A stretch of DNA of 22,010 bases, taken from contig JBDGRK010000023.1 of the NCBI GenBank assembly GCA_042218075.1, positions 1 through 22,010 on the forward strand, in the 5' to 3' direction. The position numbers and the translations under genes were made by a program. Below, in pieces: positions 17,218 through 22,010 of this stretch; position 1 is the stretch's first letter, and the number at the start of each line of letters is the position of its first letter. This stretch comes from Candidatus Nanohaloarchaea archaeon (GTDB taxonomy: Archaea > Nanohalarchaeota > Nanosalinia > Nanosalinales > Nanosalinaceae). Below the pieces are notes generated by a model. The model worked only from the letters and a program-made list of their open reading frames with translations, did not search any database and was not told the origin of the DNA.

Positions 17218-17433
17218 ATGTTCGATCACAGTAAGACATATCTTGCAGGACATTCTCTTGCAGGGATCGGAGCCGTTAATTGGGGGTTAGTCCAGTTCGC
17301 AGATTTAAACCTAGTAACAACACTTCTCGGAACCAACACTCTGCCAACTGCAGCGGTTTACGGGCTTGTAGCTCTTGGCGGAGTACAGGTACTTGGGGAT
17401 GCTGTAACAGATTACATGGAAGGTGAGATATGA
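17218..17433 (+). CDS. DUF378-family small membrane protein, 71 aa
   Basis: IGAVNWGLV...NLV..LLG......VYGLVALGG matches the DUF378 pattern; TTTAAAAA at 17188-95. Confidence 0.75.
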   Translation: MFDHSKTYLAGHSLAGIGAVNWGLVQFADLNLVTTLLGTNTLPTAAVYGLVALGGVQVLGDAVTDYMEGEI

Positions 17434-17512
17434 GGAAGTGCAGTTGTTTCCGGCACATTTTGTTAGGGTTTCCTCGGAGATTTAAAAAGAAGATTTGACA
17501 AACACATACCAT

Positions 17513-17893
17513 ATGGAATACGTTGACACGGTGATCAGCGAACTCCAAGAATACGGAAAGGAGTTAGCGGTCGCCTCATTCGCCGTATTCTCCTATATCT
17601 CGGCGCAGATACTGCACAACTCAAGTCACGCATTGTACGGATCAGGCACACCTATGATGGAAATACTCGTTGTGTCTGGCGTGATGGCGGGTTATGCTGG
17701 ATTCGGTTACCTGTTGACGGTTGCGTTGCAGGAGCCTGAGTATGTACCGGGTATTGCTGTGCTTGGTATCTCGACAGCTGGTGTTGTGCATTATGCGTCG
17801 CATACGGTGGCTGGTTTCCAGGTGCCGTTGGTTGGGAGTACGATGGGTGCGTTGTTCGCGGGAGGCTATCTCCTGTATCTGTATCTGAGCTGA
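17513..17893 (+). CDS. Four-TM membrane protein, 126 aa
   Basis: Four hydrophobic segments; TTTAAAAA at 17481-88 favours ATG 17513 over TTG 17495. Confidence 0.7.
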   Translation: MEYVDTVISELQEYGKELAVASFAVFSYISAQILHNSSHALYGSGTPMMEILVVSGVMAGYAGFGYLLTVALQEPEYVPGIAVLGISTAGVVHYASHTVAGFQVPLVGSTMGALFAGGYLLYLYLS

Positions 17894-18144
17894 ACCAGGA
17901 GGATGTATCGCATCCGTCGTATCAAACTTCTCTTTTTTAAGTTGTTTTGGAAAGGTCAGAATGACTGGTGCGTAGTCGTTCTCGGGATTTGTGGTTGGTG
18001 TGTGACGATGCAGCTATTTTTTGTTTTCTGAGTTAAGGCAAAACGCTTTGCTGTTTTTGCCGGTGTTTTGCCGTGGTTTCTACGTTCTTTTTTATTTTTG
18101 TGATGCTTATATATTTAAATATATGATTCGTAGTAGGTCTTGTA

Positions 18145-18260
18145 AGTCCCTCGAACGGACGACCTCTCTTAGAATGCAGTGGACTCGGCTGTAAGGCTGG
18201 GAGGCTGTATGGCTGGCGGTGACTCGGGGCCGTGCGGTGAGTTGCGACAAATAGGGGGCT
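18145..18260 (+). ncRNA. Candidate small RNA
   Basis: GC-rich ORF-less island starting ~23 nt after a TATA palindrome; ends pair (AGTCCCT/GGGGGCT); internal direct repeats. Confidence 0.35.
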
Positions 18261-18282
18261 GTTTCATTAACCATTTTTGGGT

Positions 18283-18412
18283 TGCTCAAATGCTAAACGA
18301 AACTAAAGCATTTCTTTAGTATGATTTAGCATCTTCGAGAGCCTTGTCTAGTGAAACCGTTGCTTGAGCATGTTTGATTTTGAAACCTGCTAAAGTACCA
18401 AGGTTATATAAA
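18283..18412 (+). promoter_or_regulatory. Operator array (TGCTMAA boxes) and TATA box of the RHH-led operon
   Basis: Five boxes in both orientations; TATATAAA at 18405-12, 22 nt before ATG 18435. Confidence 0.55.
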
Positions 18413-18434
18413 ATCTATTTACACATAGTGGTTT

Positions 18435-18563
18435 ATGACCGAGCAAGTGAACCTCAAACTCGGGCGAGAATATAAGGAAAAGCTTGAGGAAATAGCTGAA
18501 AACCAGAACCGCAGCATGACCGGACAGGTCAGACACTGGATCGACAAGGTGACCGGTCAGTGA
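18435..18563 (+). CDS. Arc/CopG-like ribbon-helix-helix regulator, 42 aa (not in ORF track)
   Basis: MTEQVNLKLGREYKEKLEEIAENQNRSMTGQVRHWIDKVTGQ. Confidence 0.85.
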   Translation: MTEQVNLKLGREYKEKLEEIAENQNRSMTGQVRHWIDKVTGQ

Positions 18564-18847
18564 CTGAGTTACAGCTGGAAGACAAACCCGAAGAGTTCCG
18601 TGAATGGATCAAAGACCAAGACCTCGGATCCGCCGAGAAAACAATTTGGAACTTTCAGAAGTGGATGCGTGAGGAAACCGTTCTTCAGTCCGGCACAATT
18701 GTTGACTACCGGAAATACGTGGCTGAGATGATCGACGAGTCCGGAGAGCTTACTGTCAGTGAAGGCGATTTGGATTCGAGTCATAAGCGGGCGGCGTTCA
18801 ACAAGTTCTGTGATTACAAGCGCGAGATGGACGGTGATAATCGGTGA
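18560..18847 (+). CDS. Helical protein resembling a tyrosine-recombinase core-binding (SAM-like) domain, 95 aa
   Basis: FQKWM...L...TIVDY...V ... RAAFNKFCDY; no catalytic domain follows. Confidence 0.5.
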   Translation: MTELQLEDKPEEFREWIKDQDLGSAEKTIWNFQKWMREETVLQSGTIVDYRKYVAEMIDESGELTVSEGDLDSSHKRAAFNKFCDYKREMDGDNR

Positions 18848-18942
18848 TGTGGGTTCAGGTGAAGTCGCTGTATGACCGTGATAAGGTGTCTTACCGAGAC
18901 TTCGCAAAAACAAACGGTGAAGGTGGTTCGCAATCTCAGTAG
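18844..18942 (+). CDS. Microprotein, 32 aa
   Basis: GGTGA-N6-GTG with GTGA overlap. Confidence 0.5.
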   Translation: MMWVQVKSLYDRDKVSYRDFAKTNGEGGSQSQ

Positions 18943-19100
18943 CTCAATCCGACTTTGTCTGCCGTGGATGCGGAGAAGAATCTACAGCTATCGGTTTGGC
19001 GGCTCACGCTGATCAGATCGAGTGTGATGTCTGCGGCTCTATGGCTGTACCAAAATCAGGAGATGTTCAGAGCAAAGATACCGAAGGTGGTGAAGAGTGA
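18933..19100 (+). CDS. Zn-ribbon microprotein, ~55 aa, non-canonical start (ATC or GTA)
   Basis: FVCRGCG...IECDVCGS; in-frame stop at 18918-20 and no ATG/GTG/TTG before the first CxxC; GGTGG-N6-ATC. Confidence 0.65.
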   Translation: MSVAQSDFVCRGCGEESTAIGLAAHADQIECDVCGSMAVPKSGDVQSKDTEGGEE

Positions 19101-19333
19101 CAGAACCTGAGAACGTGGTTGAACAAGTGGTTCGGCGTCGTTTCCGTGAGCAGGATGAACGTGTCGAGGAGCTATCCGCGCTTGACAAGGTGTCATTGAA
19201 TGATGCCAAGGCCCGCAGAGAAGAGCTTCGGGATTTGATTGACGAGCTATCTGAGAAAGGGATCTTGTCGGATAACCAGACGGAATCTGCCGAAGATAAC
19301 AGCAAGTCATGTGATGATGGTGGTAGCAGGTGA
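19097..19333 (+). CDS. Acidic helical/coiled-coil protein, 78 aa
   Basis: GGTGG-N6-GTG with GTGA overlap. Confidence 0.7.
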   Translation: MTEPENVVEQVVRRRFREQDERVEELSALDKVSLNDAKARREELRDLIDELSEKGILSDNQTESAEDNSKSCDDGGSR

Positions 19334-19620
19334 TTGACGCTGCGGATGTTTTCAGTTTCAGTTCCGGCTTGTTGACAGCGTCAATGATGTATACGTACTC
19401 TGGTAGTGTTGCCGGTGTGTCAATGAGTTTCGCCGGATCAGGAATGCTGCTTGGTTCCACGGGTTACAGGCCTGCTGGTCAGTGGCTGCCGCTGCAAGCA
19501 GCGTTGTTAGCGGCCTCCACTTTTTGCTACGTGTATGTGAAATCACGGGGTAGTACGGTCGAGGCTTGCGGTTGTCAAATAGACAACAGCACGACAACTA
19601 CTGAAGGTGATAAAGAGTGA
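19330..19620 (+). CDS. Small membrane protein, 96 aa
   Basis: Hydrophobic segments; GGTGG-N6-GTG with GTGA overlap. Confidence 0.65.
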   Translation: MIDAADVFSFSSGLLTASMMYTYSGSVAGVSMSFAGSGMLLGSTGYRPAGQWLPLQAALLAASTFCYVYVKSRGSTVEACGCQIDNSTTTTEGDKE

Positions 19621-19700
19621 GAGATAGGAAATGTCCGTTCTGTGGTGCAAAACCTAGCGATCCAATGTTCCACAGCTGCGAGGAAATGAAAAATGAGTGA
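19617..19700 (+). CDS. CPxCG microprotein, 27 aa
   Basis: MRDRKCPFCGAKPSDPMFHSCEEMKNE; GGTGA-N6-GTG. Confidence 0.6.
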   Translation: MRDRKCPFCGAKPSDPMFHSCEEMKNE

Positions 19701-19815
19701 ATGTAATATAACAGGCTGTAATAGGCAATCAGCGACCTACGTCAACCATAGAAACATTAGACTAGATCTCTGCACACCATGTTCTAACGCCTACGGCAGA
19801 GGTGTAGACACATGA
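19693..19815 (+). CDS. Zn-finger microprotein, 40 aa
   Basis: MSECNITGC...LCTPC; overlaps neighbours at both ends. Confidence 0.65.
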   Translation: MSECNITGCNRQSATYVNHRNIRLDLCTPCSNAYGRGVDT

Positions 19816-19997
19816 ATGGAAAATTCTACGATGTATGGGTTTGCAACGAGTGCGGGAACCAGGTTGAGAATCCACCAGGTCCTATAGCAAAGTGTCGATG
19901 CGGATCCGAGGACATTCATATAGATGAAGAAAAATCTGTAGGACTTCCTGATGACTGGAAATTAACAGAGAACAAGCAGAAAGGTGGTGAAGAATGA
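19812..19997 (+). CDS. Zn-ribbon protein, 61 aa
   Basis: WVCNECG...KCRCGS; ATGA overlap. Confidence 0.75.
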   Translation: MNGKFYDVWVCNECGNQVENPPGPIAKCRCGSEDIHIDEEKSVGLPDDWKLTENKQKGGEE

Positions 19998-20185
19998 CAG
20001 AATACATAGTCACTGGAAAATTTAGAGCGTTGGTTGAAGCAGGATCAAAGTCTGAAGCAAATCGGAAGCTGAAGACTGAGTTGATGGCTTTTGATGCACC
20101 AGAAGTACTTGATATGCAGAGGATTCCGGGTGTCAGAGTCAGAGAAGCAGATGTCGAAAAGAAAAACGATGAGGTGGACGAGTAG
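19994..20185 (+). CDS. Hypothetical protein, 63 aa, paralog of 21256-21435
   Basis: GGTGG-N6-ATG; TEYIVTGKFR..VEA.S..EA.R. Confidence 0.7.
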   Translation: MTEYIVTGKFRALVEAGSKSEANRKLKTELMAFDAPEVLDMQRIPGVRVREADVEKKNDEVDE

Positions 20186-20562
20186 TGGTAGATGTCGAAG
20201 AAATAGAAACCATAGTCAACGGCAACCTGTCCTTTGCAGATATAGAAGAACTGGATTACGACCAAGTAGCTCTGCTACTTGACTTTATCAAGGAAGACAC
20301 AGAGGACGAACCGGTTTTCATGGATCACGTCATCGACATGGTAGCTCATCGGACTACAGTTAGAGATTATCTTCCAGATTTCGATCTTCGAGACGCAGAA
20401 ACATTTGTCCAGTACTTCGCTGACCGAGAGTACATCGACCAGTGGAAAAACGACATGGAGATCGACTACAGGCTCCATTGGGCTACTGAAAAATCTCCCG
20501 AAGACATAGCCTTGGAAGTTATCAAAGAGAAAACTGATGGAGAAGGTGGTGCTTCTGACTAA
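20185..20562 (+). CDS. Acidic hypothetical protein, 125 aa
   Basis: GAGGTGG upstream; very D/E-rich. Confidence 0.75.
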   Translation: MVDVEEIETIVNGNLSFADIEELDYDQVALLLDFIKEDTEDEPVFMDHVIDMVAHRTTVRDYLPDFDLRDAETFVQYFADREYIDQWKNDMEIDYRLHWATEKSPEDIALEVIKEKTDGEGGASD

Positions 20563-21259
20563 GGTTGCTATTGACCTATTCTCCGGTACTGGAAGTGCTA
20601 CAAAGGCTTTTCAACGGAGTGACAAATGGCAGGTCTTTCGAGTTGAGAAAGATCCTGAGAAAGCAGCAGAATATGATGCGGAGCTCCAAGCCGATGTGCT
20701 GGAATTAGAGCCAGAGGACTTACCTCAACCTGATTTCGTATGGGCTTCACCGCCCTGCACTGATTTCTCGGTTGCAGGCATTGCCAAGACCTGGACAAAA
20801 CAGAACCTGCCAAGACGTCAAAGCGTAGCCGACAGCGTCCAACTTGTCTACCACACCCTTTGGCTAATTCAAGAACTTAATCCAGATTTTTGGTTCTTAG
20901 AGAATCCTCGGGGAATGCTCCGGCGTATTATGCCTCGAAAACCTACAGGACAAGTGACGTACTGCCAGTATGGAATGGACTATATGAAGCCTACTGACCT
21001 CTGGGGTCGGCATCCAGCCAGCATGGAATACCATACGTGTAGTCCGGGCGATCAATGCCATATCTCGAATAGCAGAGAAGCAAACACATTCGGAGATACT
21101 ACAAGGGCTACGGCAGTCCATGGCGATAATGCAGCTGAACGAGCTCGAGTACCATACAAACTATCAAAGGCGATTTTGAAAGCTGTAGAAAGTCCTGATC
21201 GGAAAATCCAGCAGGCATCTTTAGCAGATGTCAGGGAGAAAAACGGTGATGATGAGTGA
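20555..21259 (+). CDS. Orphan C5-cytosine DNA methyltransferase (compact viral type), ~234 aa
   Basis: Motif I IDLFSGTG, motif IV WASPPCTDFS, motif VI FLENP, YCQYG...KPTDLW. Start is ATG 20537 or, more likely, CTG 20555 after GGTGG. Confidence 0.88.
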   Translation: MTKVAIDLFSGTGSATKAFQRSDKWQVFRVEKDPEKAAEYDAELQADVLELEPEDLPQPDFVWASPPCTDFSVAGIAKTWTKQNLPRRQSVADSVQLVYHTLWLIQELNPDFWFLENPRGMLRRIMPRKPTGQVTYCQYGMDYMKPTDLWGRHPASMEYHTCSPGDQCHISNSREANTFGDTTRATAVHGDNAAERARVPYKLSKAILKAVESPDRKIQQASLADVREKNGDDE

Positions 21260-21435
21260 GTGATCTAACTGAGTTTGAAGTTGTAGGAGAATTCAGATTT
21301 AATATAAAGGCTAAAAACAGGGCAGATGCAAGCCGTTTAGTCAAAAACAATATTTTCGTTTCAAGCCATCACAAGGCAGAGCTTGACGCAGTACAAATCT
21401 TAGAAGTCAATACTAACAAAGATGCTAAAAGGTGA
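21256..21435 (+). CDS. Hypothetical protein, 59 aa (not in ORF track)
   Basis: GGTGA-N6-GTG; MSDLTEFEVVGEFRFNIKAKNRADASRLVK... Confidence 0.7.
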   Translation: MSDLTEFEVVGEFRFNIKAKNRADASRLVKNNIFVSSHHKAELDAVQILEVNTNKDAKR

Positions 21436-21442
21436 AGTACAA

Positions 21443-21655
21443 ATGGATTACGACGAACAACACGCAACCATAACTCACGCCATAGATATTCTCGAAGAAA
21501 TAGACTTAGATGAAGTAAGAGCTACAGAGCGAGATATGGTTTCAAGCGCACTTCAAAAACTCTATCACTCTAAAGGAAGGCTTGACGGCATTATGGAGAT
21601 GCACGACTTGCATTCTTCAGCAGATGCCATAGACAAAGACGGTGATGACCGCTGA
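21443..21655 (+). CDS. Acidic helical protein, 70 aa
   Basis: GGTGA-N7-ATG at 21443, preferred over 21422. Confidence 0.7.
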   Translation: MDYDEQHATITHAIDILEEIDLDEVRATERDMVSSALQKLYHSKGRLDGIMEMHDLHSSADAIDKDGDDR

Positions 21656-21882
21656 GAGATCCACTAAAATGGTATGAAAACAGATCGGCATTATTTTGGG
21701 CTTTAGTAGGAACAGTTCTACCTATTTCAGGTTTTTTCCTTGCGCTTGTCGGAGGGAAGCTCGGAGGATTAGGTGCTATTCTACTGTACTCAGCTGGTTG
21801 GCTATCACGCCATACCCAGAACCCTAAAGCCGGAAATCTTCTTGATCCAGAACGACATACTGTGGAGGATTACCATGAATAA
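21652..21882 (+). CDS. Two-TM membrane protein, 76 aa, CTG start (not in ORF track)
   Basis: (M)RDPLKWYENRSALFWALVGTVLPISGFFLALVGGKLGGLGAILLYSAGWLSR...; GGTGA-N6-CTGA; in-frame stop at 21646. Confidence 0.65.
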   Translation: MRDPLKWYENRSALFWALVGTVLPISGFFLALVGGKLGGLGAILLYSAGWLSRHTQNPKAGNLLDPERHTVEDYHE

Positions 21883-21985
21883 GATCATCACTGAAGAGTT
21901 CACTTCGAATTGCAGCCATCCAGGTTGCTGGAAGAAAACTATGTTCAAAACCTGCGTCAAACATAGAAAAAATAGCTTGCTTTAG
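21875..21985 (+). CDS. Cys/His microprotein, 36 aa
   Basis: GGAGG upstream of ATG 21875; CSHPGC...CVKH. Confidence 0.55.
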   Translation: MNKIITEEFTSNCSHPGCWKKTMFKTCVKHRKNSLL

Positions 21986-22010
21986 CAAGTATCGCTGACA
22001 AAGGTGATGA

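Larger units (their letters stand above)
1..22010. mobile_element. Archaeal virus / virus-like element (halophilic host; morphotype unassigned)
   Basis: Divergent structural and replication/early arms, SF3 helicase, orphan MTase, many microproteins, no housekeeping genes; archaeal TATA and GGAGGTGA signals; D/E-rich proteins. Confidence 0.85.

Noticed and set aside
18145-18260. tRNA gene
   Set aside because: No T-loop GTTCRA, no cloverleaf and no CCA end.
20555-21259. Complete restriction-modification system
   Set aside because: No adjacent endonuclease-like gene; target site cannot be deduced without motif-depletion or methylome data.
21773-21874. N-terminal extension of the last ORF
   Set aside because: Overlaps the 76-aa membrane ORF; ATG 21875 has its own GGAGG.

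Overview
The whole window reads as an archaeal virus or virus-like element from a hypersaline host. Evidence: acidic proteins, archaeal TATA boxes and GGAGGTGA Shine-Dalgarno motifs. A nanohaloarchaeal/DPANN host is only inferred. Divergent promoters at ~11.3-11.5 kb split the window into two arms. The leftward arm (minus strand, 838-11280) encodes secreted or membrane-anchored beta-rich proteins: a 1402-aa adhesin with a six-repeat beta-propeller, a TSP3/PKD protein, a 307-aa candidate major structural protein and a 255-aa candidate filament subunit. It also encodes two membrane-associated proteases (CPBP/Abi and JAB/MPN) and a DEDDy exonuclease. The rightward arm encodes a D5-like SF3 helicase with no primase domain, AbrB and RHH regulators, an SSB-like protein, leaderless small genes, many Zn-finger microproteins and a C5 DNA methyltransferase. 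No HK97 or jelly-roll capsid, terminase, packaging ATPase, integrase catalytic domain, tRNA or CRISPR array was recognised. The strongest novel signals are: non-canonical start codons (CTG x3, ATC) at coupled gene junctions, including the helicase; a 24-bp inverted repeat inside the helicase gene exactly where strand skew flips; a structured ~200-nt leader on the candidate major structural gene; and the dual-protease morphogenesis cluster. All family calls come from reading motifs by eye, not from database searches.
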